Assembly (NCBI GenBank): GCA_040118945.1
Contig: JBEDTH010000010.1
Coordinates: 10,731-74,730 of the forward strand
Direction of reading: 5' to 3'
Source: Dokdonia sp.
GTDB taxonomy: Bacteria; Bacteroidota; Bacteroidia; Flavobacteriales; Flavobacteriaceae
DNA: 64,000 nt
In this document: one piece after another, positions 38,584 through 48,561 of the stretch
Layout of the letters: each line of letters starts with the position of its first letter
Position numbering within the stretch: the stretch's first letter is position 1
Made by a program: the position numbers and the translations under genes
Notes under the pieces: model-generated
The model's database searches: none
What the model was told of the DNA's origin: nothing
The model's input: the letters and a program-made list of their open reading frames with translations, nothing else

Positions 38584-39429
38584 CTGAAGACTATCGCGTT
38601 CAAAAAATCCAAAGATCGAATTCTCATATTAGGCGCCAGCGGCTTTTTAGGTGGTGCCATCTACAGAGAATTGTATCGGTATTATGATACTTATGGGACT
38701 TATCACAGTGGTAAAATCTACAGTGATAACAAGCATTATTTTAAATTTGATCTAGAGCAAGATGACGTCTTTGAACTGCTTAAAAAAATTAGACCTTCGG
38801 TGGTTGTATCGGCATTAAGAGGGCCGTTTTCGGCCCAGGTCGAAGCGCACCAAACACTGGTTGAATATGCGGAACAAAGCAAGTGTCGCATTGTTTTTCT
38901 CTCTAGCGCCAATGTTTTTGACGCCTTTGCCCACTACCCTAGTTATGAGCACGACAAAACGCTATCAGAGAGTATTTATGGCAAGTTAAAAATTAGGTGC
39001 GAAACCCTACTTATGCGACACCTACCCGAAAAACAATATGCAATAGTACGCTTGCCCATGGTTTTTGGGGTTGGTTCTCCTCGTATGAAAGAAATAAAAA
39101 ACGCCATACTTCTCAATGAGGCTATAGAAGTATTTCCGCATTTGATTATCAATACCACCACCGATACCAAATGTTGCCAGCAGTTGCATTATATCATCAA
39201 TAGAAACCGCTATGGCATCTTTCACTTAGGCAGCAAAGACTTGGTACATCACAAAGAATTTGTTGGCGATTTGATACAAGTGATGGATCTCGATCACAAA
39301 CCGCTTTATAAAAATGTCTTCACGAGCAATTTTGATCGCTATCTCGCTGTATTACCTAGAGATAATAGTCTTCCAAAGCACCTTTCTATTACCAACGAAG
39401 AAGTGATTATGGGAAGTCAGCAAATGTAA
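38584..39429 (+). CDS. RmlD-like NAD(P)-dependent sugar-nucleotide reductase/epimerase (start codon unresolved)
   Basis: The Rossmann motif ILILGASGFLGGAIYREL is encoded at 38620..38673, in frame but upstream of the first canonical start (TTG 38671). The frame is open from 38569. Confidence 0.6.
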   Translation: MKTIAFKKSKDRILILGASGFLGGAIYRELYRYYDTYGTYHSGKIYSDNKHYFKFDLEQDDVFELLKKIRPSVVVSALRGPFSAQVEAHQTLVEYAEQSKCRIVFLSSANVFDAFAHYPSYEHDKTLSESIYGKLKIRCETLLMRHLPEKQYAIVRLPMVFGVGSPRMKEIKNAILLNEAIEVFPHLIINTTTDTKCCQQLHYIINRNRYGIFHLGSKDLVHHKEFVGDLIQVMDLDHKPLYKNVFTSNFDRYLAVLPRDNSLPKHLSITNEEVIMGSQQM

Positions 39430-39456
39430 AATTCAGGTTAATATGGGTGGGTTTTT

Positions 39457-39470
39457 GCTTTCGCGAAAGC
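39457..39470. repeat. Iterated palindrome GCTTTCGCGAAAGC (perfect 14-mer)
   Basis: Intergenic between the RmlD-like gene and the PCD gene; 16-bp version TGC...GCA. Confidence 0.95.
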
Positions 39471-39512
39471 ATAATTACGTACCTTTAAGAAACATCCATA
39501 AAAACAATCGTT

Positions 39513-39794
39513 ATGAAACTTACAGATGCACAAATCAATGATCGGCTAGAAGAATTTCCAGATTGGGAATATGCCGAAAATGCCATTCATACCGTCATAG
39601 AGTTTGAAAATTTTAGAGAAGTTTTCTCGACCATGACACGTATTGCTTTTGAATGTGAACGTTTAAACCACCACCCTAATTGGAGTAATTCGTTTAATGA
39701 ATTGTCTATTTCGCTTTCTTCACACGATGCCAATGGAGTGACCGAAAAAGATTTTGATCTGGCAGCTGCCATAGAAGACATTCTCAACGCATAG
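39513..39794 (+). CDS. Pterin-4a-carbinolamine dehydratase
   Basis: 93 aa with the E..NHHP.W motif (CERLNHHPNW) typical of PCD/DCoH. Confidence 0.85.
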   Translation: MKLTDAQINDRLEEFPDWEYAENAIHTVIEFENFREVFSTMTRIAFECERLNHHPNWSNSFNELSISLSSHDANGVTEKDFDLAAAIEDILNA

Positions 39795-39925
39795 ACTTTT
39801 TATTTACGTTAGCTTTTTGCTATTTTTACCGTCATCTCAACATAGAGATGCAACGGCTAAGACCGCTATGTTTTAGCACAATGAATAATAGAGTATTACA
39901 GCAAATTTTTTAGGATTACCGTTAT

Positions 39926-40648
39926 ATGGGAAGAGCATTTGAATTTAGAAAGGCACGAAAAATGAAACGTTGGAGTGCGATGTCAAAGGCGTTTACACGT
40001 ATTGGAAAAGACATCGTGATGGCCGTAAAAGAAGGTGGGCCTGATCCTGACAGTAATTCGCGTTTGCGTGCTGTGATTCAGAACGCCAAGTCTGTCAATA
40101 TGCCTAAAGATAATATCGAACGCGCCATCAAACGCGCCTCCGACAAAAATCAAGGCGATTACAAAGAAGTTATTTTTGAAGGTTATGCCCCTCATGGTAT
40201 TGCCGTACTAGTAGAAACGGCTACCGATAACAATACCAGAACGGTCGCTAATGTGCGTTCTTATTTTAACAAATGTGACGGCAATCTAGGTACCTCAGGA
40301 TCTGTTATATTTATGTTTGATCACACTTGTAATTTTACGGTAAACGGCGAAGGTCAAGATGTGGAAGAATTAGAGCTAGAATTTATCGACTACGGCGTCA
40401 ACGAAGTTTTCCAAGACGATGAGGGCATCCATATGTATGCCCCGTTTGAGAGTTTCGGTGCTATTCAAAGTGCCCTAGAAGAGCGCGATATCGAAATTCT
40501 TTCTTCAGGATTTGATCGTATTTCTCAGGTGACCAAAAAACTCACCCCAGAACAGGAAGAAGAAGTGAACAAACTCTTAGAAAAGCTCGAAGAAGACGAT
40601 GATGTCCAGAATGTCTTTCACACTATGGAATCATCAGACGAAGAATAA
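39926..40648 (+). CDS. YebC/PmpR-family transcriptional regulator
   Basis: MGRAFEFRKARKMKRW...KEGGPDPDSNSRLR...AK..NMPKDNIERAIK is the family's hallmark N-terminus. Confidence 0.9.
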   Translation: MGRAFEFRKARKMKRWSAMSKAFTRIGKDIVMAVKEGGPDPDSNSRLRAVIQNAKSVNMPKDNIERAIKRASDKNQGDYKEVIFEGYAPHGIAVLVETATDNNTRTVANVRSYFNKCDGNLGTSGSVIFMFDHTCNFTVNGEGQDVEELELEFIDYGVNEVFQDDEGIHMYAPFESFGAIQSALEERDIEILSSGFDRISQVTKKLTPEQEEEVNKLLEKLEEDDDVQNVFHTMESSDEE

Positions 40649-40666
40649 AAACGAATACGTTAATAG

Positions 40667-40697
40667 AAAAAACCAGCGGCAACAGCTGGTTTTTTTT
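40667..40697. terminator. Bidirectional intrinsic terminator between yebC-like gene and cmk
   Basis: ACCAGC...GCTGGT hairpin flanked by A5 and T7. Confidence 0.6.
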
Positions 40698-40718
40698 ATG
40701 CGTTATTTCTAAAATATT

Positions 40719-41441
40719 TCAACCCTTTTCGCCCCATCGTTCCCAACGGCCAGCAATCCGATCTTTGGCCAATTGCAGTATGGTGTGAAATTGATCATCA
40801 ATATTGGTCTCTGTATTGTCTATTTCTATCGCATCGTCGGCTTTAACTAAAGGCGAATCTTCTCTTGTAGTATCTATACGATCGCGTTCGATTACATTGG
40901 CCAACACTTCTTCGTAGGACACATCATCACCGCGCTCGCTCAGTTCTAAATATCGACGTTTTGCTCTTTCTTGGGCCGAAGCGGTCATAAAGATTTTTAA
41001 TTCGGCATCGGGAAATACCACGGTGCCAATATCTCTACCATCCATTACTATTCCTTTGGCCTGCCCCATTTTTTGTTGTTGCTCGACTAATTTTGCACGC
41101 ACCTCAGAGACAGTGGCTACTGGGCTTACAAAATTGGACACCTCCAAGGTTCTAATTTGAGAGGCTACATTTTGACCGTTGAGACACACTCCGGCTTTTC
41201 CTGTTTTGGGATGTTGCTCAAAGGAAATTTCAATGCCTGACAAGGCTTTAATCAATCCTTCTTTATCAAAAAAGCCATCGGCGATATACCCCTTGTGCAT
41301 GGCATAAAGCGTCACAGCGCGATACATGGCTCCCGTGTCTACATAAATATAGGAAAGCCAATCTGCTAATTGTTTGGCGACCGTGCTCTTTCCTGTTGAG
41401 GAATAGCCGTCTATAGCAATGATGATTTTTTTTAGGTACAA
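40719..41441 (-). CDS. cmk: (d)CMP kinase
   Basis: IAIDGYSSTGKSTVAK P-loop and DGRDIGTVVFPDA motif. Confidence 0.9.
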   Translation of the reverse strand: MYLKKIIIAIDGYSSTGKSTVAKQLADWLSYIYVDTGAMYRAVTLYAMHKGYIADGFFDKEGLIKALSGIEISFEQHPKTGKAGVCLNGQNVASQIRTLEVSNFVSPVATVSEVRAKLVEQQQKMGQAKGIVMDGRDIGTVVFPDAELKIFMTASAQERAKRRYLELSERGDDVSYEEVLANVIERDRIDTTREDSPLVKADDAIEIDNTETNIDDQFHTILQLAKDRIAGRWERWGEKG

Positions 41442-41530
41442 GAGTAAGACTTTTGGTAAAAATAAGAATTCTGATCAGCCTTTAATAACCTGAATAAGGA
41501 TTTATACCCCAGCGCAGTGTAAAAAACACA

Positions 41531-42547
41531 TTACTGCAAATCGATACCTATACCAAAAAAACTGGTGGAGGCAGCGCTATTATAACGGGCATAGGCATAA
41601 TTAAAACGCATCTTATTGATCTTGATACCAAAACCTGCGCTAAGCCCGGCAAAACTACGCTGATTGAGTATTCTAAGCTCTTCACTACGTCTAAAATTGT
41701 ATCCCAATCTAAGATTAAAACCACTTTCGGGAAATAGTTCGAGCCCCACAATGGTATGACGTATGATATTATCAAAAATATTCACCTCGTTGTTGGTAAC
41801 ATTTCCTTCGAGATCAGAAGAGGCCTGAGCTGGGTTTTCAAAAGCAATGTTCCAGAGCTGTAGGTTTTCTAAAGTCAAATGCCAACGTATGGGAACATTG
41901 GGTATAATTTGTGAAATACCCGCATCAATTTCTAGCGGAAGTTTTTCTATAGTATCGACATAAGGAGTAAACTGGGTTCCGATGTTACGGATTACTAAAG
42001 CGGCATTGAGATCCCACTTTTCATAATTATAAATAGCCCCAATATCTAAAGCTCCCCCTAACGAGGAGTATTGTTCTAATTTGGAAGATATCAATTTGGC
42101 ATTGACTCCTAAGTGAAAGTCACTTCTACCCAATTGTATGGCATAACCCACTGATAAAGCGGCTTCGCCCCCACCAAATTCTCGAGTCTGATTTCCATCT
42201 TCATCTCTACCGTCAAAAGTACCGTAATTAATATACGTCACCCCGGCATGTAGCACTTGGGTGCGTCTGTCGTATAAATAAGCATAAGAGGCCGTACCGT
42301 AGTTGATATCTGCCAGATAATTGACGTAATTGACAGACAATTGATTGTCCATACGGTAATTGATTGTTGCCGGATTAAACAATGCCGAGTCTGGATCGTA
42401 ATCGTAATTGGTGAGCACCTTGCCACCCATAGCGGCCTGTCTAGGAGAAGACATCAGATTGAGAAACTGATAGGTACCGCGACCCCCCAATTGCGCAAAG
42501 GACAGGGTAGATGTAAATATCAAAAAAAGACAACTCAGTTTACGCAT
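41531..42547 (-). CDS. porQ: PorQ-like type IX secretion outer-membrane beta-barrel protein
   Basis: Signal peptide, then GTYQFLNLMSSPRQAAMGG, with beta-barrel-like alternating sequence to the C-terminus. The assignment is from memory of PorQ N-termini and cmk/lon synteny. Confidence 0.5.
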   Translation of the reverse strand: MRKLSCLFLIFTSTLSFAQLGGRGTYQFLNLMSSPRQAAMGGKVLTNYDYDPDSALFNPATINYRMDNQLSVNYVNYLADINYGTASYAYLYDRRTQVLHAGVTYINYGTFDGRDEDGNQTREFGGGEAALSVGYAIQLGRSDFHLGVNAKLISSKLEQYSSLGGALDIGAIYNYEKWDLNAALVIRNIGTQFTPYVDTIEKLPLEIDAGISQIIPNVPIRWHLTLENLQLWNIAFENPAQASSDLEGNVTNNEVNIFDNIIRHTIVGLELFPESGFNLRLGYNFRRSEELRILNQRSFAGLSAGFGIKINKMRFNYAYARYNSAASTSFFGIGIDLQ

Positions 42548-42614
42548 GAAGCTTTTGCAGGACTTGTATCAAAAACGTTTACAAGTATAATATATTTTGA
42601 TGATGGCTTAAAAT

Positions 42615-42645
42615 AAAAAGGACGGGAGCGTATCCCGTCCTTTTT
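42615..42645. terminator. Intrinsic terminator downstream of lon
   Basis: GGACGGGA-GCGTA-TCCCGTCC hairpin flanked by A5 and T5. Confidence 0.65.
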
Positions 42646-42662
42646 ATTGATCTCACACTTAC

Positions 42663-45113
42663 TTAGAGTGTTTTGGCATTTTTGACTTTTTGCTTGGTCA
42701 GTGCCAATTCGAGTACTTCACTCATATCGGTAACATAGTGAAAAGTGAGACCTTTTAAATACTCGGCTTTAATCTCGTCTATATCCCTGCGGTTTTGCTC
42801 ACATAGCAATATCTCTTTGATATGCGCTCTTTTGGCAGCGAGAATTTTTTCTTTAATCCCGCCTACAGGCAATACTTTTCCTCTCAGGGTAATCTCACCT
42901 GTCATAGCTATGCTCTTTTTGACCTTGCGTTGTGTAAACAACGAGACCAAAGAAGTGAGCATCGTAATACCAGCACTAGGACCATCCTTGGGAGTGGCTC
43001 CCTCGGGTACGTGTATATGCACATTATACTTCTCAAAAACATTTGTATCCAATCCTAAGGTATCTGCATTGGCCTTGATATACTCCATAGCAATGGTGGC
43101 GCTTTCTTTCATAACCTTCCCTAGATTACCAGTAATACTCAAAGTGCCTTTTCCTTTTGACAAGGCAGATTCTATAAAAAGAATATCTCCTCCTACTCGT
43201 GTCCAGGCCAAACCAGTTACCACCCCAGCCACATCATTATTTTCATATTTATTGCGCTGCATACGAGGCGCCCCTAAAACTTCTATGATATCATCGTTGC
43301 TCACTTTGATATCATAAGACTCTTCCATGGCGATGTTTTTGGCTCCATGACGTACCATTTTGGCTATTTGTTTTTCTAGACCACGTACACCAGATTCACG
43401 CGTATACCCTTCTACAATTTTTTCTAATTGTGGTTTGGCAATTTTTAGTTGGGCTGTTGTCATCCCGTGCTCCTTGAGTTGTTTGGGCAATAAATGTCGC
43501 TTGGCGATCTCCACTTTTTCTTCTATGGTATATCCAGTTACATTTATAATCTCCATACGATCAAGCAAGGCTGGCTGAATGGTATTGAGACTATTTGAGG
43601 TAGCGATAAACATGACTTTAGACAAGTCAAAGCCCATCTCTAGGAAGTTATCGTGAAAGTCGCTGTTTTGTTCAGGATCTAAAACTTCCAATAGTGCAGA
43701 CGAGGGATCACCTTGTGTTCCTGAACTAAGTTTATCAATCTCATCGAGTACAAAGACAGGATTACTGGTGCCCGCTTTTCTCAAGTTTTGCAAGATACGA
43801 CCAGGCATAGCACCGATATAGGTCTTACGGTGCCCACGTATTTCGGCTTCATCTCTTAAACCGCCCAAGCTCATTCTAATATATTCGCGTCCCAAGGCCT
43901 CGGCAACCGATTTACCCAGAGAGGTTTTACCCACACCCGGAGGGCCGTACAAACATAGAATAGGCGATTTCATGTCGTTTCTTAACTTCAAAACCGCTAA
44001 ATACTCAATAATTCTTCGCTTGACATCATCAAGCCCATAATGATCGCGATCCAATATTTTTTTGGCGCGTTTTAAATCAAATTTATCGGTGCTAAATTCA
44101 TTCCAGGGCAGATCCAAAAACAAGTCAAGGTAGTTGCGTTGTATGCTGTATTCGGCCACTTGGGGGTTCATACGCTGCATTTTGGCAAGCTCCTTTTTAA
44201 AGTGTTTTTCTACTTTTTCATCCCACTTTTTATCCCGAGCACGTGTTCGCATTTCTTCTAGTTCATCTTCAGAAGAAACCCCACCCAATTCTTCTTGAAT
44301 GGTTTTCATTTGTTGATGCAAGAAGTATTCGCGTTGCTGCTGGCTCATGTCGTTTTGAACCTTACTCTGGATATCATTTTTGAGCTCCAGCTTTTGACGC
44401 TCCATATCCATAAATTTCAAGGTTTCTAAAGCGCGTTGCTGCAATTCAGAAATCTCCAACAAACGTTGCTTCTCGGCAACGGTCAAATTCATATTAGCGC
44501 TTACAAAATTGACTAGAAAAGAATCGCTTTCTATATTTTTTATCGCAAAAGAAGCTTCAGAAGGAATATTAGGAGAATCCTGAATAATCTGTAGAGCCAA
44601 TTCTTTGATGGAGTCGATTACCGCCTTAAATTCGGTGTGTACCCCTTCTGGTCTGGATTCGGCAAAGCTTTCTATGGTGGCTTTCATATAGGGCTGATCG
44701 GCAATGACCTCCTTAACCTGAAAGCGCTTTTTTCCTTGTATAATCACCGTCACGTTGCCATCGGGCATTTTTAGAACGCGTAAAATTCGGGCCACTACCC
44801 CTACCCTGTGAATATCATCGGCGGTAGGATTCTCTACTTCTTCATCTTTTTGAGCGACTACGCCAATTACTTTCCCCCCTTTATTCGCCTCATTGATCAA
44901 AGCGATGGAGGTATCCCGCCCCGCCGAAATCGGTATAACTACACCGGGAAACAGTACGGTGTTGCGCAGGGGTAAAATGGGTAAACTTTCGGGTAATTCT
45001 TCTCTGTTAATTGCGTCCTCGTCTTCAGGAGTCATTAGCGGAATCAATTCTGCATCTCCATCTAATTCTTGCAATGACAATCTGTCAAGAGTTGTAAATT
45101 TTGCTTTTGCCAT
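42663..45113 (-). CDS. lon: ATP-dependent Lon protease (endopeptidase La)
   Basis: LON N-domain, Walker [10 protein letters not shown], and protease-domain active site PKDGPSAG. Confidence 0.95.
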   Translation of the reverse strand: MAKAKFTTLDRLSLQELDGDAELIPLMTPEDEDAINREELPESLPILPLRNTVLFPGVVIPISAGRDTSIALINEANKGGKVIGVVAQKDEEVENPTADDIHRVGVVARILRVLKMPDGNVTVIIQGKKRFQVKEVIADQPYMKATIESFAESRPEGVHTEFKAVIDSIKELALQIIQDSPNIPSEASFAIKNIESDSFLVNFVSANMNLTVAEKQRLLEISELQQRALETLKFMDMERQKLELKNDIQSKVQNDMSQQQREYFLHQQMKTIQEELGGVSSEDELEEMRTRARDKKWDEKVEKHFKKELAKMQRMNPQVAEYSIQRNYLDLFLDLPWNEFSTDKFDLKRAKKILDRDHYGLDDVKRRIIEYLAVLKLRNDMKSPILCLYGPPGVGKTSLGKSVAEALGREYIRMSLGGLRDEAEIRGHRKTYIGAMPGRILQNLRKAGTSNPVFVLDEIDKLSSGTQGDPSSALLEVLDPEQNSDFHDNFLEMGFDLSKVMFIATSNSLNTIQPALLDRMEIINVTGYTIEEKVEIAKRHLLPKQLKEHGMTTAQLKIAKPQLEKIVEGYTRESGVRGLEKQIAKMVRHGAKNIAMEESYDIKVSNDDIIEVLGAPRMQRNKYENNDVAGVVTGLAWTRVGGDILFIESALSKGKGTLSITGNLGKVMKESATIAMEYIKANADTLGLDTNVFEKYNVHIHVPEGATPKDGPSAGITMLTSLVSLFTQRKVKKSIAMTGEITLRGKVLPVGGIKEKILAAKRAHIKEILLCEQNRRDIDEIKAEYLKGLTFHYVTDMSEVLELALTKQKVKNAKTL

Positions 45114-45468
45114 AATCTATATATGTCACAATGTCGCATTTTAAAAAGACGCAGTGTGACTTGTTTTATTTGGATCTATTCGTTTTCAGCAGTATATCGC
45201 CTTCTGATAAAGAGCGCTGCTACTATTACTATATATAGTCAATTCTTGTGCCAATTACTTTCACTAAAGGTTTTGCCTTTAACGCTTTCGCGAAAACAAG
45301 ACCCGACCCAGCTGCTACCACAATCACTTGTAACTCGATTTACAATACAGGTATGACACTACCAAAAAGTGAGCTATCTTTAGAAAAATTAGTCCTTTCT
45401 GAGAAAATTTTCACGAAAGTGTAACAGTTCAAAAAAAAGTACATCTTTAGTATAGAATCAACCAATTC

Positions 45469-46047
45469 GTGTCGCTGACCAACCATCATATCGATCAACT
45501 TTTACCGCTTTGTCAACAAGGAGAACAAGGCGCCCAGATGGAAGTGTACAACCGCTATTACAAAGCGATGTACAATACTTCGCTCAGGATCGTAAAGGAC
45601 ACGGCTGCTGCCGAAGATGTGATGCAGGATTCTTTTTTGAGTGCCTTTACAAAATTGGAGAGTTTTAAAGGAGAATCGAGTTTTGGGAGCTGGCTTAAAC
45701 GCATAGTGGTGAACAATAGTTTGAATTGTTATCAGAAAGAAAAAAAACGAGAAGAAACTCCCTTGGACGACCATCTCTACCGTATTGAAGATGAGCCCAC
45801 GGGACTAGCCACCGAAGATTTGAACAGTTTAAAAGCTGCAGAAGTAATTCATGCCATGTCACAATTAAAAGACAATTACAGACAATCCTTATCACTTCAC
45901 TTGATAGAGGGTTATGATTATGAAGAGATGAGTGAAATAATGAATATGAGTTATGCAAACTGCAGAACAATGGTGTCAAGAGCCAAAAATAGTTTGCGAA
46001 AAATATTAAACCATGATGAAGAAGGACGAATTAGATCATTTATTTGA
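45469..46047 (+). CDS. ECF-type RNA polymerase sigma-70 factor
   Basis: Region 2 (AEDVMQDSFLSAF, WLKRIVVN) and region 4 (SYANCRTMVSRAKNSLRK). GTG start. Confidence 0.85.
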   Translation: MSLTNHHIDQLLPLCQQGEQGAQMEVYNRYYKAMYNTSLRIVKDTAAAEDVMQDSFLSAFTKLESFKGESSFGSWLKRIVVNNSLNCYQKEKKREETPLDDHLYRIEDEPTGLATEDLNSLKAAEVIHAMSQLKDNYRQSLSLHLIEGYDYEEMSEIMNMSYANCRTMVSRAKNSLRKILNHDEEGRIRSFI

Positions 46048-46573
46048 TCGCCTAGGCGGCGAGTTTGATACTGCTGCGCCTAGCGACGATCACAAGGCCA
46101 AATTTTTAGAAAAGCTGCAACAAAACCCTGCGGCTCCATCTAGGCCAACGACCAAAGTAGTGAGACTTAAATGGTGGAAACCACTAATGGCTGCTGCCAG
46201 TATCTTATTGGTCGCAGGACTATTTTATACCAGTAATATGCAGGCAGAAACCAAACAACTAGCCGATATTTCTCCTGAGATGAGCGAGGCCCAGGCCTTT
46301 TTTACGCGCACTATAGAAAAAGAGTTGTTTGAAATCAAGAAGTTAAATACCCCTGCCACAGAAAAGCTTGTAGATGATGCCATGTCACGAATGGAAGATT
46401 TGGAAGATCAGTACAAAGAGTTGCAAAACGATTTGACCGAAAGTGGCGAAGACAAAAGAGTCATCTATGCCATGATTGATAATTTTCAAAATAGAATCGA
46501 TTTATTACAACAGGTGTTAGAACATATGGAAGCCATTAAAGTACTAAACACCTTACAACCAGAAACCCTTTAA
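46013..46573 (+). CDS. Putative single-pass anti-sigma factor
   Basis: Overlaps the sigma gene end; one TM (LMAAASILLVAGLFY); position typical of a cognate anti-sigma. Confidence 0.5.
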   Translation: MMKKDELDHLFDRLGGEFDTAAPSDDHKAKFLEKLQQNPAAPSRPTTKVVRLKWWKPLMAAASILLVAGLFYTSNMQAETKQLADISPEMSEAQAFFTRTIEKELFEIKKLNTPATEKLVDDAMSRMEDLEDQYKELQNDLTESGEDKRVIYAMIDNFQNRIDLLQQVLEHMEAIKVLNTLQPETL

Positions 46574-46594
46574 GGAGTGATTAAATAAACAACT

Positions 46595-47677
46595 ATGAAA
46601 ACAAGATTTACAATTTTTATGTTTGCCTTACTAGCACTTCCCGTGCTGGCAGGACCCCATACGGGCCCTAATGGTCGCTATACCAAAGAAAAAAAGATAA
46701 AAAAGGAATTTAGCGTTAATCCTGATGCAACCCTAACCATCAAAAACAGTTATGGAAATATTGATATGGTAAGTTGGGATGAGAATCGCATTGTTATCGA
46801 AGTACACGTTACAACCAACGGGAACAACGAAGAAAAAGTACAAAAGCGATTGGATGAAATTGATGTTGATTTTGACGCGATGGCCTCTTATGTAACTGCC
46901 AAAACCGAATTTAGCAATAGAAGCAGATCTTGGTGGAACAGCTGGCAAAACAGCAATGTCAATATGGAGATTAATTATACCGTAAAGGTGCCTATTAGCA
47001 ATAGTATTGACATCAATAACGATTACGGATCTGTGGCGATCAATAAGATTGAAGGGGTTGCCAAAATCAATTGCGATTATGGAAAGTTAATCCTTGGCGA
47101 TCTTATGGCAGATAATAATTACCTCAACTTTGATTACACCAAGAACTCGACGATTGGCTACATGAAAAGCGGTCGTATCAATGCTGATTACTCTTCATTT
47201 CTTTTGGAAAAGGGCGGTGATATCGAACTCAATGCAGACTATTCGAAATCAGAATTTGGGGCCATAGAAAATCTGAATTATACCTGTGACTATGGTTCGA
47301 TTCGTACCGAGGTGACTAAAGATATCATGGGGCGTGGCGACTACTTAACAGCCAAGTTAGGCAAAGTACATGGCGATGTAAATATCAATGCAGACTATGG
47401 TTCTATACGCATAGACGAGTTGAGTGAGCGTGCTGGCGATGTAGATATCCAAAGTGATTATACGGGAATTAAAGTTGGATATAATAACAACTATGAATTC
47501 ACCTTTACTATTAAACTAGAATATGCAGGTCTTTCAGGACGCGAGGATTTGACCATCAATAAAGAACGCATCCAAAACTCAGACAAATACTACGAGGGCT
47601 ATTACGGAAATTCGAGATCGTCGAATACGGTAAATATCAATTCTGAATACGGAGGAGTAACACTGTCGCGCTACTAA
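46595..47677 (+). CDS. DUF4097-like beta-strand repeat protein (putative adhesin)
   Basis: Signal peptide and repeated NADYGS / DYGSIR / SDYTGIK strands. Confidence 0.5.
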   Translation: MKTRFTIFMFALLALPVLAGPHTGPNGRYTKEKKIKKEFSVNPDATLTIKNSYGNIDMVSWDENRIVIEVHVTTNGNNEEKVQKRLDEIDVDFDAMASYVTAKTEFSNRSRSWWNSWQNSNVNMEINYTVKVPISNSIDINNDYGSVAINKIEGVAKINCDYGKLILGDLMADNNYLNFDYTKNSTIGYMKSGRINADYSSFLLEKGGDIELNADYSKSEFGAIENLNYTCDYGSIRTEVTKDIMGRGDYLTAKLGKVHGDVNINADYGSIRIDELSERAGDVDIQSDYTGIKVGYNNNYEFTFTIKLEYAGLSGREDLTINKERIQNSDKYYEGYYGNSRSSNTVNINSEYGGVTLSRY

Positions 47678-47737
47678 ATAATAGCAACATCAAGATAATC
47701 GTCAAAATCAATCAATAACAACAAAACAAGTAAAATC

Positions 47738-48466
47738 ATGAAAAAAGTAATCACAGTAAGTTTAATTCTCATAGCGTGTTTGCAAATGCAAGCGCAATGG
47801 TGGGGAGGAAAAGGGATCAAAGGAAATGGCAATATGACCACCATTACAAGAGATGTAGGCACATATGACCAGGTTAATGTAGGTGGTTTCTTTGACGTTG
47901 AGCTCGTAGCCGGAAATGAAGGCACTCTTACCATCGAAGGGGAAAGCAATCTTTTAGAATACCTCATTACAGAAGTAAAAGGAGATGCCCTAAAGATCAA
48001 AGTAGAAAAAGGTAAAAACCTTAAGCCTAGTAATCGCATGATGATCAAAATCACCGTGCCGTTTAGAGATTTAAATGAAGTGACCTTAGCAGGATCTGGA
48101 GATGTGGAAAGTAAAGCTGTAATAAAAGCCAATACGTTCAATACATCGGTTGCTGGTTCTGGAGATTTGATTTTAGAGGTAGACGCCAATATGGTAGATG
48201 CTAGTGTCGCTGGTTCTGGAGATCTAACCCTTAAGGGAAGTACCAGAGATTTTGAAGCAAGCGTGGCGGGATCTGGAGATATTCATGCTGGACGCCTCAA
48301 TGCCGAAAATGTAGATGCCCGTGTAGCGGGATCTGGAGATATTGCCGTTAATTGTACCAAAAGTCTAAAGGCGCGTGTGAGCGGATCTGGAGATATCGAA
48401 TACAGTGGGAATCCTGCCAAACAAGACACTAAAGTATCTGGTTCTGGAGATATATCTCGAAATTAA
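47738..48466 (+). CDS. GIN-domain (DUF2807-like) beta-helix repeat protein
   Basis: Signal peptide and seven (V/L)(A/S)GSGD(I/L/V) repeats. Confidence 0.6.
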   Translation: MKKVITVSLILIACLQMQAQWWGGKGIKGNGNMTTITRDVGTYDQVNVGGFFDVELVAGNEGTLTIEGESNLLEYLITEVKGDALKIKVEKGKNLKPSNRMMIKITVPFRDLNEVTLAGSGDVESKAVIKANTFNTSVAGSGDLILEVDANMVDASVAGSGDLTLKGSTRDFEASVAGSGDIHAGRLNAENVDARVAGSGDIAVNCTKSLKARVSGSGDIEYSGNPAKQDTKVSGSGDISRN

Positions 48467-48506
48467 AAAGCAGCTTTGCTCCTCATAACGCAGGACAAGC
48501 CTAACC

Positions 48507-48541
48507 AAAAAATGCCTTCTCGCTTGAGAAGGCATTTTTTA
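48507..48541. terminator. Bidirectional intrinsic terminator between convergent genes
   Basis: ATGCCTTCTC-GCTT-GAGAAGGCAT 10-bp stem flanked by A5 and T6. Confidence 0.75.
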
Positions 48542-48561
48542 TGATATAAACTAATATGTCC

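Noticed and set aside
42745-43317. 190-aa plus-strand ORF inside lon
   Set aside because: It is antisense to lon and has no motifs. The same reasoning applies to 62643..63185 inside dsbD, 17761..18108 and 18197..18529 inside SulP, and other short antisense ORFs in the track.
45123-45356. 77-aa ORF in the lon / ECF sigma intergenic region
   Set aside because: It has a hydrophobic low-complexity translation with no start context and no motif. The region more likely holds the divergent lon and sigma promoters, plus a degenerate palindrome copy at 45284.
47674-48189. 171-aa minus-strand ORF
   Set aside because: It lies antisense to the GIN-domain gene, whose repeat structure and signal peptide are convincing; a shadow ORF.
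48100-48450. Repeated GGTTCTGGAGAT / GGATCTGGAGAT DNA segments as a tandem DNA repeat or CRISPR-like array
   Set aside because: They are the in-frame coding repeats (V/L)(A/S)GSGD of the GIN-domain protein. Spacing is irregular and the spacer sequences are coding.
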